Positions 1-10,594 of a DNA stretch of 64,000 nt are shown here, one piece after another (within the stretch, counting starts at the first letter, position 1; the number at the start of each line of letters is the position of its first letter). The notes under the pieces were generated by a model. That model had not been told where the DNA came from, made no database searches, and saw nothing but the letters and a program-made list of their open reading frames with translations. The translations under genes and the position numbers were made by a program. Source of the stretch: Eubacteriales bacterium (GTDB lineage: Bacteria > Bacillota > Clostridia > Oscillospirales > CAG-272); contig JAZPYB010000028.1 of assembly GCA_045543955.1 (NCBI GenBank), forward strand, positions 46,172 to 110,171, in the 5' to 3' direction.

Positions 1-6
1 CCAACT

Positions 7-549
7 GTGATATACCTGAAGCCACAAATTCACTTTATGGCTAAAAAAGAGGTGTTTAAAACTCCATTTTTAGGCCCGTTTGCAAAGGGAATGGGTGCGT
101 ATGCAGTTGACAGAGGCGCAGGAGATATTGGCGCTATTAAAACATCATTAAAGACCTTGAAGGACGGAAAATGTATTTGTGTTTTCCCACAAGGCACAAG
201 ATGCCCTTATCTTGACCCTACCGAGGTAAGTGCAAAGGAAGGCATAGGAATGCTCGCTGTACGTTCAGGCGTGGGTATTTTGCCTGTTTGTATAAGAACT
301 AAACGAAACAAGGTTTCATTGTTTAGAAAAACGGAATTCGTTGTTGGTGAATATTTGTCACCAGAAAAGCTAGAATTCCCAGAGCTTAGTGGAATGGAAA
401 AATTCAAGGCAATATCTGATTTGGTTTACGAAAAAATTTGCGAAATGAACAACCAAATTAAAAGAAAGCCACTCAGCGAGAAAAAGATTAAAAAATTAAA
501 AGCTAAATTAGCAAAAAAAGAAAACAAGCAAAGGAAAAAGAGCAAATGA
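7..549 (+). CDS. plsC: 1-acyl-sn-glycerol-3-phosphate acyltransferase (probably 5'-truncated by window edge)
   Basis: FMAKKE, VDRG and FPQGTR acyltransferase motifs; the HX4D motif is absent, so the N-terminus probably lies upstream; typical plsC-ispH context. Confidence 0.85.
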   Translation: MIYLKPQIHFMAKKEVFKTPFLGPFAKGMGAYAVDRGAGDIGAIKTSLKTLKDGKCICVFPQGTRCPYLDPTEVSAKEGIGMLAVRSGVGILPVCIRTKRNKVSLFRKTEFVVGEYLSPEKLEFPELSGMEKFKAISDLVYEKICEMNNQIKRKPLSEKKIKKLKAKLAKKENKQRKKSK

Positions 550-2570
550 TTACAATAGCAAAAAACGCAGGCTTCTGCTTTGGTGTTCGTCGTGCAACCG
601 ACACCGTGGAAAAATTAATTAAGGAAAAAAAGAAAAACGACATTATCTGCACACTAGGAAAGCTGATTCACAATGAGGAGTACAACAACTTCCTTGCAAA
701 AAAAGGAGTTATTGAGCTTACAAATGATAATATAAATGAGATTTTTGAAAAGGCAAAGAATGGAACAAACGTAACAATCGTTATAAGAACTCATGGTGTT
801 GAAAAGCAAACTCAGGAGGCTATTGAGAAATTTGCAAAGAACGCACCAAGCCTAAAGGTTGTTGATTCAACATGCCCATACGTAAAAAAGATTCACGATA
901 TCGCTGACCAAAATTCAGGCAAGGGCGAAACCTTTGTTGTTATAGGACAAAAGGAGCACCCAGAGGTAAAATCAATAATTAGCTATGCTAACAACAAATG
1001 CCAAGTATTTGCAGACGAAAAGGAGCTTGAGGAGTATCTAAAGGCTAATAAGGACACACTAACACAGGTAAATATGGCAGCTCAAACCACCCTAAAGCTA
1101 TCACTTTGGGAAAAATGTCAAGAAATTCTCAAAAAATACTGTACAAACGTGAAAATTTTTGATACAATATGTAGTGTTACCGAGAAAAGACAAACTGAAG
1201 CTAAGGAGCTTGCAAAAAAATCGGATGCAATGCTCGTTATAGGCGGTAAGGATAGCTCAAATACATCAAAGCTAGCACAGGTTTGCTCCCAGTATTGTGA
1301 AAAGACATTCTGGATTCAAACAAGCAAGGATATTGATCTTGAAAAAATAGGTAATGCAAAATACATAGGAATAACTGCTGGGGCTTCAACACCAGACAGT
1401 TTAATTAGGGAGGTTGAAATGGCAATGAACGAGGTAAGAGAGGACAACTTTGCAGATCTTTTCGCATGGGAATGTGAAAATGGTGCAAGAGTGAAAATAT
1501 ATACAGGAGCAACAGTTAAGGGTACAGTAATGTCAATTTCAGAGAATGAAATTAGACTCGATCTTGGCACAAAGGTAACAGGCGTTATCACACGCGACCA
1601 AATCACCGATTCAAATGACGAAAAGCTACAAGATCTTTTCAAAATCGGAGACGAGGTTGAGGCATCTGTTATTAGCGTAAGCGACAGAGATGGTATTGCA
1701 ATCCTTTCAAAGAAGAAGATTGACGGTGTTAAAAACTGGTCCAAGATTGTTGAATATCAAGCAAGTGGCGAAACTGTTAATGCAAAAATTACAGAGGCTA
1801 CAAAGGGTGGCTTAGTTGCTCTTATTGACGATGTTAGAGTATTCATTCCTGCATCTATGACAGGAGTTACTAAGGATGACGATATGTCTAAGCTTGTTGG
1901 CTCAACACAAGAGGTTAAGGTTGTTGAGATTAAGGAAGACAAGAAAAAGGCAATTGCTTCTATCAAGGCTATTTTAAAAGAAAAGAGAAAAGCAGAAAAG
2001 GAGGCTTTCTGGGCTTCTATCGAAGAGGGTATGGAATTTGAGGGCACTGTTAAGTCCATCGCTTCATATGGTGCTTTTGTTGACCTCGGTCTTGTTGATG
2101 GTCTTGTACATATTACAGAGCTTTCTTGGAAGAGAATTAAGAATCCAAGCGAGGTTGTAAGCGTTGGCGACAAGATTAAGGTATTTGTAAAATCAGTAGA
2201 TAAGGAAAATGGCAAAATCTCTCTTGGCCATAAGACAGATGACCAAAATCCTTGGAATATCTTTAAGTCAAAATATCAAGAGGGCGACGTTTGTGAGGTT
2301 AAGATTGTAGGCGTTACTACATTTGGCGCATTCGCTCAAGTTGTTCCAGGCGTTGATGGTCTTATTCACATCAGCCAAATCGCTGACAAAAAGATAGATT
2401 CTGTTGCAAATGTACTCAAGGTTGGCGAAACACTTGAGGTTAAAATCGTTGGTATAGACGAGGAAAATCACAAGGTTTCTCTTTCTGCAAGAGCATTGCT
2501 CCCAGAGACTACAGAAGAGGTAGCTGCGGAAGAAACAGAGGTGCCAGCTGAGGAAGCAGTAGCTGAATAA
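546..2570 (+). CDS. ispH: bifunctional IspH (LytB) / ribosomal protein S1 fusion
   Basis: AGFCFGV, DSTCP and DTIC cluster cysteines, SSN and GITAGASTP; four C-terminal S1 repeats (GAFVDLG..DGLVHITELSW). Confidence 0.95.
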   Translation: MITIAKNAGFCFGVRRATDTVEKLIKEKKKNDIICTLGKLIHNEEYNNFLAKKGVIELTNDNINEIFEKAKNGTNVTIVIRTHGVEKQTQEAIEKFAKNAPSLKVVDSTCPYVKKIHDIADQNSGKGETFVVIGQKEHPEVKSIISYANNKCQVFADEKELEEYLKANKDTLTQVNMAAQTTLKLSLWEKCQEILKKYCTNVKIFDTICSVTEKRQTEAKELAKKSDAMLVIGGKDSSNTSKLAQVCSQYCEKTFWIQTSKDIDLEKIGNAKYIGITAGASTPDSLIREVEMAMNEVREDNFADLFAWECENGARVKIYTGATVKGTVMSISENEIRLDLGTKVTGVITRDQITDSNDEKLQDLFKIGDEVEASVISVSDRDGIAILSKKKIDGVKNWSKIVEYQASGETVNAKITEATKGGLVALIDDVRVFIPASMTGVTKDDDMSKLVGSTQEVKVVEIKEDKKKAIASIKAILKEKRKAEKEAFWASIEEGMEFEGTVKSIASYGAFVDLGLVDGLVHITELSWKRIKNPSEVVSVGDKIKVFVKSVDKENGKISLGHKTDDQNPWNIFKSKYQEGDVCEVKIVGVTTFGAFAQVVPGVDGLIHISQIADKKIDSVANVLKVGETLEVKIVGIDEENHKVSLSARALLPETTEEVAAEETEVPAEEAVAE

Positions 2571-2580
2571 TTGAAAAACA

Positions 2581-2613
2581 AAAACCCACAAACTTTTAGC
2601 TTGTGGGTTTTTT
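2581..2613. terminator. intrinsic terminator (likely bidirectional)
   Basis: aaaacccacaa...ttgtgggttttt hairpin between convergent genes. Confidence 0.8.
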
Positions 2614-2643
2614 AAAAAATATTAGGGTAAATGTGTTGCTAAA

Positions 2644-2754
2644 TTAATGGCAGCAACAACAAAGAATAATAGCTGCTAAAACTATTATCCAAACAATGTC
2701 ATTATCAAAAAGATTGCAAAGACAGTTATTCATAGTATTACCACAACGCTCCAT
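2644..2754 (-). CDS. 36-aa Cys-rich small membrane peptide (MERCGNTMNNCLCNLFDNDIVWIIVLAAIILCCCCH), possibly sporulation-related
   Basis: Translated by hand; AAAGGA RBS at 2764-2769; one hydrophobic segment; below the ORF-track cut-off. Confidence 0.7.
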   Translation of the reverse strand: MERCGNTMNNCLCNLFDNDIVWIIVLAAIILCCCCH

Positions 2755-2873
2755 ATGAAGACATCCTTTACTTAAATTGAGTGGCTTTTGTGCCCCTCTG
2801 TTATAATACTATGTCGAAAAAGCACAAATGTTACCGAAAAAAAGAAAACGGCATTAACCGTTTTCATAAATAT

Positions 2874-3506
2874 TTATTTTAGTCTTAATTCATCTGCCTC
2901 TAAAAATTCTTGAGCGCCTTGAGTTGAACCGACAGGAATAGTGGTCTTTGCACCGCATTTTTTGCATTTTATCTCAACTGAGGAGTCAAGAATTTGTGAG
3001 GTATATTCGCCAAAGCCATCAGGACAATTACAGTAAATTTTGCCCTCCTCATATAAATCACTAATAACATAATTGACTACATCAAAGAGCATAGGGTCTG
3101 TAAAATCAGATTCCGGTTTTGATTTTAGCTGTTCGATGGAAGCATCTCCGAGTAGCTTGATGATTTCATCATTTGAGCGCTTAACGGCATTTGCTACCTC
3201 TTGTTCATTTCCGATAAAGCAAATGTCAATGCCACAAATTGAACAAGGGATTACAAAAATATCGCTACCAAAAAACACATTTTTAGAAATAACATATGAA
3301 TGTGGAGTGGGGCAGACAAGACAAGGTACGACCAAACGGATTTTGTCGTCATATGTCTTTTCAAGGGTCAAGTGGCTTTCGCCACAGGTACATTTTAATT
3401 TAAATAAATTACCGCTGAGGGAAAAAGCGCCAACCATACTTGTAGGCACACCACCACATGCGGGACATCTATAAGCAAGAGTTGTTTTCTTTTGGTCTAG
3501 TATCAT
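2874..3506 (-). CDS. hypothetical multi-zinc-ribbon protein
   Basis: CPAC, CTC, CLVC, CSIC, CNC and CKKC motifs; GAGG RBS supports ATG at 3506. Confidence 0.8.
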   Translation of the reverse strand: MILDQKKTTLAYRCPACGGVPTSMVGAFSLSGNLFKLKCTCGESHLTLEKTYDDKIRLVVPCLVCPTPHSYVISKNVFFGSDIFVIPCSICGIDICFIGNEQEVANAVKRSNDEIIKLLGDASIEQLKSKPESDFTDPMLFDVVNYVISDLYEEGKIYCNCPDGFGEYTSQILDSSVEIKCKKCGAKTTIPVGSTQGAQEFLEADELRLK

Positions 3507-3597
3507 AAACACCTCGTGTGCCTTAGGCACAATTTAAAATTTACAAAACAATTATACAATATAATTCGACAAAAGTCAACGGGAAAGGAGTGATAAA

Positions 3598-5976
3598 ATG
3601 AAATGCGTATATGATAAGGAAACCGACGCCATATACATTAACGCGCGTTTGCTTTGCGAATATGCATATCGCGGTGGAGATATAGAAGCAAGACTCCTCC
3701 GTGGCAATAAAAACGGTAGTGCCTTAGTTTCTCATAAATTGCATACAAAAAAGCCTAATATAGCTGACGCATATACATTTACCACTATTCTCGAAGGACT
3801 AAAAATCGTAACCTATACCTATCCCGAGATAGTAAGAGAATGGGAAGACGGATATATGATAGAAAGCGTTGTTCCCGTTCCATATAGGCTTGATAGCCTA
3901 GAAAATGGCGAGCTTGAAATTTCTCTTAAAACCGCGCTAATTTCTGCCTACATAGTATGTGAAACCTTTAAGCAGTTCTCGGTCAAGACCAATGTTACCT
4001 TCTATCGCGAGGGTGGAGACGAGGCAAGAGAATTTTCAAAAAATGCAACAAGAGAAGAATTAATCTTGGAATTTGAAAAAGCAATAAATATAGCGCTCCC
4101 GTTTTTTAAAATAATAAAGGAAAGAGCTACAAAAACAGTAAATGAGCTACACAGTCTTCACTTCCCATTCAAAGAAGGCGCAAGAGAGGGTCAAAGGGAG
4201 CTTATTGTAGAGTCCTTTAGGGCAATTCAAACGGGAAAAAGATTAGTGGCAGAAGCACCAACTGGCACAGGCAAAACGATGGCGACACTCTACCCGGCAC
4301 TAAAATCGCTAGGAGAGGGTAAGGGAGATAAAATTTTTTATTTCACTGGTAAAACAACAACGGCGTTGTCGGCGCTTAATGCCATAGATATAATGCGTGA
4401 CCAAATTCCGAATTTGCGCTCAATCCACATTTCCTCAAAGGATAAATGCTGTGTTAGCTTTCCACCTAACGCAAGGCGCAAATGTGAGCCGAGGCATTGC
4501 CACGTAACACGCGCATATTTTGATAAGATAAATGAAGCTCTTTTAGAGCTTTTGACAAATTATAAAACGTACACAAAGGATATAATTGACCAAATAAGTG
4601 CCAAATATTCAGTTTGCTCATATGAGCTATCTCTTGAGCTTTCCGAATGGTGTGAGCTTATAGTGTGCGATTATAACTACTTATTTGATTTAAACGCATA
4701 TTTCAGAAGATATTTTGAGTGTGGCAGTGATGGCTCGTTTATATTTTTAATTGACGAGGCACACAACCTACCGGACAGAGCCAGAGAAATGTATTCAGCA
4801 ACTCTTACTCGCTCAGATTTTGTAAAGATTTCCGAGCACTATTCGGGGGATAAAAATTTAGGCGAGCCAATTGCAGAAATTCTCAACCAATTTGATATGT
4901 TTTATGAGCTTGCAATGGCAGAAAAGCAAGAGATTGATGGAGAGGTATGTGGATTTTACATAAATTCACAAATTGAAGACACCTTCTGCGACTCGTTTAA
5001 TAAGTTCCAAGCAGGCGCAAAAAAGATATTTAATAAAGATATAGACGATGACGAATTGCATAGTCTTTTTATGAAGATAAAGAAATTCATATCGGTTTTT
5101 GAAATTTTCGACAAGCGCTTTAATCTATTTATAGAGGCACACGGAGAGGATGCTTCAGTAAGGCTTATGTGTCTTGACCCCTCATATATGCTCGATGAGT
5201 GTATGAAAAAGGGTACATCTACTATTTTGTTCTCAGCAACCTTAACTCCACTTGAATATTTTAGCGATATTCTAGGCTGCACAAAGGCGCAGAGCATAAC
5301 CCTAAAATCTCCATTTGATAAGGAAAAATTATGTCTTGTGGGTGTAAATAATGTAAGCACAAGATATGAGGACAGAAAAAAGAGCGCCGGCACAATAGCA
5401 AACATTATTCGCGCTGCAGTTGAGGGAAAGCAGGGAAACTATATTGTCTATTTTCCATCATATGCATACCTTACCGAGGTTGGCGAGATATTTGAGAAGA
5501 AGTACCCCAAAATAAAGGTAACTTATCAAAAAAAGAGTATGTCTGAAAAAGCTAAAAAGGATTTTCTTGACTCCTTTGATGCTAAAAAAGATGGTACAAT
5601 GGTTGGCTTTTGTGTTCTTGGAGGCAGCTTTTCTGAGGGAATTGACCTAAGAGGCGAAAGACTTATAGGCGCAATAATTGTAGGAGTAGGACTCCCCACA
5701 ATTTCAAGCGAATTAAACATCATAAAGGAATATTATGACAAAACTAGAGAAACAGGCTATGCTTACGCATATACTTATCCTGGAATGATTAAGGTCTTAC
5801 AGGCGGCAGGTAGAGTAATAAGGAGTGAGGACGAAAAGGGCGTTGTCTTTTTGGTAGATGACCGTTTTGCAACTCCTGAGTATCATCAGCTCTTGCCTGA
5901 ACACTGGAAGCACATAAAATACATAAATAACGCAAAGGATTTGTTGAAGGAAGTTTGCGAATTTTGGAAAAAATAA
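3598..5976 (+). CDS. DinG/Rad3/XPD-family ATP-dependent DNA helicase with Fe-S cysteines
   Basis: APTGTGKT Walker A, DEAHN, SATL, SFSEGIDL and QAAGRVIRS motifs. Confidence 0.92.
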   Translation: MKCVYDKETDAIYINARLLCEYAYRGGDIEARLLRGNKNGSALVSHKLHTKKPNIADAYTFTTILEGLKIVTYTYPEIVREWEDGYMIESVVPVPYRLDSLENGELEISLKTALISAYIVCETFKQFSVKTNVTFYREGGDEAREFSKNATREELILEFEKAINIALPFFKIIKERATKTVNELHSLHFPFKEGAREGQRELIVESFRAIQTGKRLVAEAPTGTGKTMATLYPALKSLGEGKGDKIFYFTGKTTTALSALNAIDIMRDQIPNLRSIHISSKDKCCVSFPPNARRKCEPRHCHVTRAYFDKINEALLELLTNYKTYTKDIIDQISAKYSVCSYELSLELSEWCELIVCDYNYLFDLNAYFRRYFECGSDGSFIFLIDEAHNLPDRAREMYSATLTRSDFVKISEHYSGDKNLGEPIAEILNQFDMFYELAMAEKQEIDGEVCGFYINSQIEDTFCDSFNKFQAGAKKIFNKDIDDDELHSLFMKIKKFISVFEIFDKRFNLFIEAHGEDASVRLMCLDPSYMLDECMKKGTSTILFSATLTPLEYFSDILGCTKAQSITLKSPFDKEKLCLVGVNNVSTRYEDRKKSAGTIANIIRAAVEGKQGNYIVYFPSYAYLTEVGEIFEKKYPKIKVTYQKKSMSEKAKKDFLDSFDAKKDGTMVGFCVLGGSFSEGIDLRGERLIGAIIVGVGLPTISSELNIIKEYYDKTRETGYAYAYTYPGMIKVLQAAGRVIRSEDEKGVVFLVDDRFATPEYHQLLPEHWKHIKYINNAKDLLKEVCEFWKK

Positions 5977-5985
5977 CAAAAACTA

Positions 5986-6014
5986 TTGTAAAACTGTGTT
6001 TATAGTGCTATAAT
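5986..6014 (+). promoter_or_regulatory. sigma-A promoter of asnS
   Basis: TTGTAA-N17-TATAAT with TGn extension. Confidence 0.65.
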
Positions 6015-6055
6015 ATTAAATATTTTATAACTAACAAACTAAAAGAGGGAATAAA

Positions 6056-7450
6056 ATGATAAGAACAACTGTAAAAGAAATATTTCTAAACCCCGAGAAA
6101 TTTGCAAATAAAGAAATTACCGTTGCAGGTTGGGCAAGAACTATTCGCTCAAGCAATGTATTTGGATTTATTGAGCTTAATGACGGTAGTTATTTTACAA
6201 ATCTACAAGTAGTTTTCGAGGCTGAGTTTCTTGATAATTATAGCGAGATTGCTAAGCAAAACGTGGGTGCTTCTCTTATCGTAAATGGTACACTTGTACT
6301 AACCCCTGAGGCAAAGCAGCCATTTGAAATCAAAGCAAAGAAAATAGAGGTAGAGGGTGCGTCAACCCCTGACTACCCACTTCAAAAGAAAAGACACACT
6401 CTTGAATATCTCCGTACAATAGCGCACCTTCGTCCACGCTCAAACCTATTTAGTGCAGTGTTCAGAGTTCGTTCAGTTGCAGCCTTTGCAATTCACAAGT
6501 TCTTTAATGAAAGAAACTTCGTGTATGTTCATACACCAATCATAACAGGTAGTGACTGTGAGGGCGCAGGCGAAATGTTCCGCCTAACGACACTTGACCT
6601 AGACAACCTACCAAGAACAGAGGACGGCAAAATCGACTTTTCAAAGGACTTCTTTGGTAAGAGCGTTAACTTAACTGTTTCAGGTCAATTGAGTGCGGAA
6701 ACATACGCAATGGCATTTGCAAATGTTTATACCTTTGGTCCAACCTTCCGTGCAGAGCGCTCAAATACAGCTCGTCACGCAGCAGAGTTCTGGATGATGG
6801 AGCCGGAAATTGCATTTGCTGACCTAAAGGATGATATGCGTCTCGCTGAGGATATGATTAAGTATGTTGTTAAGTACGTAATGCAAGAGTGCCCAGCTGA
6901 GATTGAGTTCTTCAATAAATTTGTCGACAATACTCTCGTTGACCGTCTGAACAACTTGGTAAGCAATGACTTTGGTCACGTTACCTATACAGAGGCAATC
7001 GAAATTCTTGAAAAGAGTGGAGAGAAATTTGAATACCCTGTTAAATGGGGTATCGACCTTCAAACCGAGCACGAAAGATACATTACCGAGAAGGTATTTG
7101 GCAAGCCAGTATTCGTTACCGACTACCCAGCAGACATTAAGGCATTCTATATGCGCTTAAACGACGACGGCAAGACCGTTGCCGCTATGGATATGCTAGT
7201 GCCTGGTGTTGGCGAGCTTATCGGTGGCTCACAAAGAGAGGAGCGCCTAGATTACCTACTAAAAGCTATGGAAAAATTCAATCTAAACGAGGAAGACTAT
7301 TGGTGGTATCTCGAGCTTCGTAAGTACGGTGGAACTAAGCACGCTGGCTTTGGTCTTGGCTTTGAAAGACTTATTATGTATATTACTGGTGTTGCAAACA
7401 TTAGAGACGTTGAGAGCTACCCAAGAACAACAGGTAGTGCAGAATTCTAA
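6056..7450 (+). CDS. asnS: asparagine--tRNA ligase
   Basis: OB-fold N-terminus, [33 protein letters not shown]. Confidence 0.97.
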   Translation: MIRTTVKEIFLNPEKFANKEITVAGWARTIRSSNVFGFIELNDGSYFTNLQVVFEAEFLDNYSEIAKQNVGASLIVNGTLVLTPEAKQPFEIKAKKIEVEGASTPDYPLQKKRHTLEYLRTIAHLRPRSNLFSAVFRVRSVAAFAIHKFFNERNFVYVHTPIITGSDCEGAGEMFRLTTLDLDNLPRTEDGKIDFSKDFFGKSVNLTVSGQLSAETYAMAFANVYTFGPTFRAERSNTARHAAEFWMMEPEIAFADLKDDMRLAEDMIKYVVKYVMQECPAEIEFFNKFVDNTLVDRLNNLVSNDFGHVTYTEAIEILEKSGEKFEYPVKWGIDLQTEHERYITEKVFGKPVFVTDYPADIKAFYMRLNDDGKTVAAMDMLVPGVGELIGGSQREERLDYLLKAMEKFNLNEEDYWWYLELRKYGGTKHAGFGLGFERLIMYITGVANIRDVESYPRTTGSAEF

Positions 7451-7571
7451 TTGGCTCTAAAGTTTCAAGTCAAAATTGATTTTGATGTAACAGTGCCTTT
7501 TATAAATCAAGTAAATTGTAGGGACAGATTATTTCGACTGTCCACCAACCCCTTTATCGAAAGGAATAAAT

Positions 7572-8855
7572 ATGAAATATAGTGAACTCACAAAAGAAGA
7601 GCTCCAAGCACTAAAAAAAGAGCTTGAGGCTAAATATAAGGAATTCCAAGCAAAGGATTTAAAGCTAAATATGGCAAGAGGAAAGCCTTGCGTTGAGCAA
7701 CTAAATCTTTCAATGGGAATGATGGATGTTTTAAATGGAGACAGTGACCTAACCTGTGATGACGGAACAGACTGCCGTAACTATGGCGTTCTTGACGGAA
7801 TCAAGGAGGCACAGGAGCTTCTTGCTGATATGATGGAGGTTCCATCAGACCAAATCATTATTTATGGCAACTCCAGTCTAAACGTAATGTACGATACAAT
7901 CGCACGTTCAATGACACACGGTGTTATGGGCTCGACCCCTTGGTCAAAGCTTGATAAGGTTAAATTCCTTTGCCCTGTTCCTGGATATGATAGACACTTT
8001 AGAATTACTGAATATTTCGGCATTGAAATGATTAACGTTCCAATGACCGAGGACGGACCTGATATGGATATGGTTGAGGAGCTTGTTGCAAGCGATGAGT
8101 CAATCAAGGGTATATGGTGCGTTCCAAAGTATTCAAACCCACAGGGCTATTCATATTCTGACCTTACAGTTCGTCGCTTTGCAAGATTAAAGCCAGCAGC
8201 CAAGGACTTCAGAATTTACTGGGATAACGCATACACCATCCATCATTTATATGATGACAAGCAGGACAATCTTGTTGAGATTTTGGCAGAATGTAAAAGA
8301 GCAGGCAATCCTGACCTCGTTTATAAGTTTGCTTCGACCTCAAAGATAAGCTTCCCAGGCTCTGGTATTGCAGCATTAGCATCATCTCATAACAACCTAG
8401 ACGACATCAAGGCTCAATTAACCGTTCAAACAATCGGTCACGATAAGGTTAATCAGCTCCGTCACGTTAGATTCTTTGGCGATATTCACGGTATGGTAGA
8501 GCATATGAGACTCCACGCCGACATTCTTCGTCCAAAGTTTGAGGCTGTTATCGAAATTCTCAAAAGAGAGCTTGGTGGACTTGAAATCGGCTCTTGGACT
8601 GAACCAAAGGGTGGTTACTTTATCTCCTTTGATTCATTAGAGGGATGCGCTAAGGACATTGTTGCAAAATGTAAAAAGGCAGGCGTTGAGATGACCGGTG
8701 CTGGTGCAACATACCCATATGGTAAGGACCCACACGACTCAAACATCAGAATTGCGCCATCCTACCCACCACTATCTGACCTAATCACAGCAACAGAGCT
8801 ATTTGCCCTCTGCGTTAAGCTTTCAAGTGTAAATAAGCTTCTTTCACAAATGTAA
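7572..8855 (+). CDS. PLP-dependent class I/II aminotransferase (aspartate aminotransferase-like)
   Basis: LNMARGKP, PKYSNPQG, WDNAY, STSK (PLP lysine), NIRIAP. Confidence 0.9.
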   Translation: MKYSELTKEELQALKKELEAKYKEFQAKDLKLNMARGKPCVEQLNLSMGMMDVLNGDSDLTCDDGTDCRNYGVLDGIKEAQELLADMMEVPSDQIIIYGNSSLNVMYDTIARSMTHGVMGSTPWSKLDKVKFLCPVPGYDRHFRITEYFGIEMINVPMTEDGPDMDMVEELVASDESIKGIWCVPKYSNPQGYSYSDLTVRRFARLKPAAKDFRIYWDNAYTIHHLYDDKQDNLVEILAECKRAGNPDLVYKFASTSKISFPGSGIAALASSHNNLDDIKAQLTVQTIGHDKVNQLRHVRFFGDIHGMVEHMRLHADILRPKFEAVIEILKRELGGLEIGSWTEPKGGYFISFDSLEGCAKDIVAKCKKAGVEMTGAGATYPYGKDPHDSNIRIAPSYPPLSDLITATELFALCVKLSSVNKLLSQM

Positions 8856-8856
8856 T

Positions 8857-8888
8857 AAAAAGGCCATCGTATAAGCGATGGCTTTTTG
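8857..8888 (+). terminator. intrinsic terminator
   Basis: ggccatcg-tataag-cgatggct followed by T tract. Confidence 0.8.
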
Positions 8889-9070
8889 TTTTATACTAGA
8901 GCAGTTTTCACCAATAAAACCGTAAATTGCACCAACGGGCACGGTCATATTCAAATGGTCAACAGCGTACATTCCACGAAAGCTCTTTGATAATTTCTTT
9001 TGTCAAAAAAGTGTTTCTGTTTTGTAAAAGTAAAAAAACAGACCTTAAAAAGGTCTGTTTAATTAAAATT

Positions 9071-10594
9071 TTATTCTGCTTTTTCTTTCTTTTTTCGTTT
9101 CTTAAATATAAACGAACGGAATAAAACTAAATTCATAACCAAGAAGAAAACTATTAAAATTCCCCAAGTAAGGAACGGATTAACTGCAATTACTCTAGGT
9201 GCGGCTAGCAGCATAATTGGTAAGCCAAAGACAATAGCGGGGAAGTTTTGGTAAACTAAGTTGTCGGATGCTGGTGTTTTAAAGTGTGGGTCCCATTCAC
9301 GAAGGAGAATAATGCCAGTACTTGCCGTTCCGGTTAGCATACCATATGTGGCTAGGAATTGCTCATCCTTGTATTCAGGGAATAGCTTCTTGGAAATAAA
9401 TCTTAGGTAGAAATATGTTGAAACTGCGCCAACAAGACCTAAAATCAGCAAAATGTGCCAGTATTTTCCAAGAGTGTCAGGCTTGATTGCTGCCATACCT
9501 GAAATTATCATAATATCAAAGAAAAATCCAGCTAGGCGCTTCATTAAAAATGTGTTTATATACTCGTGCTTGATAATCTTTTTATTTTTCATAAATCGAA
9601 GTGCAAAGCAAACACCGGTTGCAACCAAAACACCAATTAAGAAGTTAAAGCCATAGATTGTTGAGCTTAGGCTAGGTATTAGCTTGGCAAGAACAAAAAG
9701 AATGCCGTATGCCGCAAAATATGAGCCGAGAATGAATGCAAGCTGCATTGTGATTTTGTCAACACCTGAGGATTCCATAGGTAATTCCTCGGAGGTTTGA
9801 ATTTTGTCTATTGTAACAGTTTCGCCAAAATCGGCGTCCTTCATTTTCTTTTGTGCACGATGGCGAAGAATATTTAGGAAAATAACGCCACCAATAGCGG
9901 CAGAAATAAAGCCAAGAGAAGCAATAGATAGACCAAAGTCTGTACCGTTTACAAGTGCCTCAGCACCCTCTAAATAGTTTTCGCCATTAGGATTATAATT
10001 GTTTATTGTTTGGTATTGCTGACCAAAGTTAAAGGCTTGACCTGTGCCTTGACCAAAGCCAAAGGCAAGAATAACACCAGAATAATTTGTAAGACCACTA
10101 ATAAATAGTGAGCCTATCATAGTAATTGATATACCTATAATGGCTTGAAGTAGGTAGGTCGAAACTGTGGAAACACCGGCATTGAATACCTCAGTGTTGC
10201 GCTTTTTAGAAAGCTTTTCCTTTACGGGCTTAAATGCAGTTGCAATAAAGCCAAGCGCAAGAGAGTGGTAGGTTATAATTTCAAGTAATTGTAAGCCGGT
10301 AAGCGCAACATCGTGGCTGTCAATCAGTCCCTTGTCAACAAGCTCAAGAGTTTCCTTTGACGGTGAACCGAAGAACTTGAGGTCAAAAAGATATTCGCCC
10401 TCGCCGTTTATAGCTGTGTAAATGCAAGAAACAATAAGTATAATTCCACCTGCTAAAACAGAGGTTGGAATTAATGATTTTTTAAGTAATGGAATACGTC
10501 TTTTGAGCATGTTTGCAACTAATAGTGATATAAGCAAAACAGCAACAATACTGACAATACCCCACGCATCAAAGCCCGAGAGTGTCATTTTCAA
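9071..10594 (-). CDS. sodium/glutamate symporter-like (GltS/ESS family) membrane transporter
   Basis: Many TM helices; IPTSVLAG, FGFGQGTGQA and YGMLTGTASTG motifs. Confidence 0.75.
   Translation of the reverse strand: MKMTLSGFDAWGIVSIVAVLLISLLVANMLKRRIPLLKKSLIPTSVLAGGIILIVSCIYTAINGEGEYLFDLKFFGSPSKETLELVDKGLIDSHDVALTGLQLLEIITYHSLALGFIATAFKPVKEKLSKKRNTEVFNAGVSTVSTYLLQAIIGISITMIGSLFISGLTNYSGVILAFGFGQGTGQAFNFGQQYQTINNYNPNGENYLEGAEALVNGTDFGLSIASLGFISAAIGGVIFLNILRHRAQKKMKDADFGETVTIDKIQTSEELPMESSGVDKITMQLAFILGSYFAAYGILFVLAKLIPSLSSTIYGFNFLIGVLVATGVCFALRFMKNKKIIKHEYINTFLMKRLAGFFFDIMIISGMAAIKPDTLGKYWHILLILGLVGAVSTYFYLRFISKKLFPEYKDEQFLATYGMLTGTASTGIILLREWDPHFKTPASDNLVYQNFPAIVFGLPIMLLAAPRVIAVNPFLTWGILIVFFLVMNLVLFRSFIFKKRKKKEKAE

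Noticed and set aside
3598-5976. Type IV CRISPR CasDinG
   Set aside because: Housekeeping context, with no csf/cas genes or array in the window
5977-6055. T-box leader for asnS
   Set aside because: The intergenic region is only ~80 bp with no GGTGGnACC antiterminator
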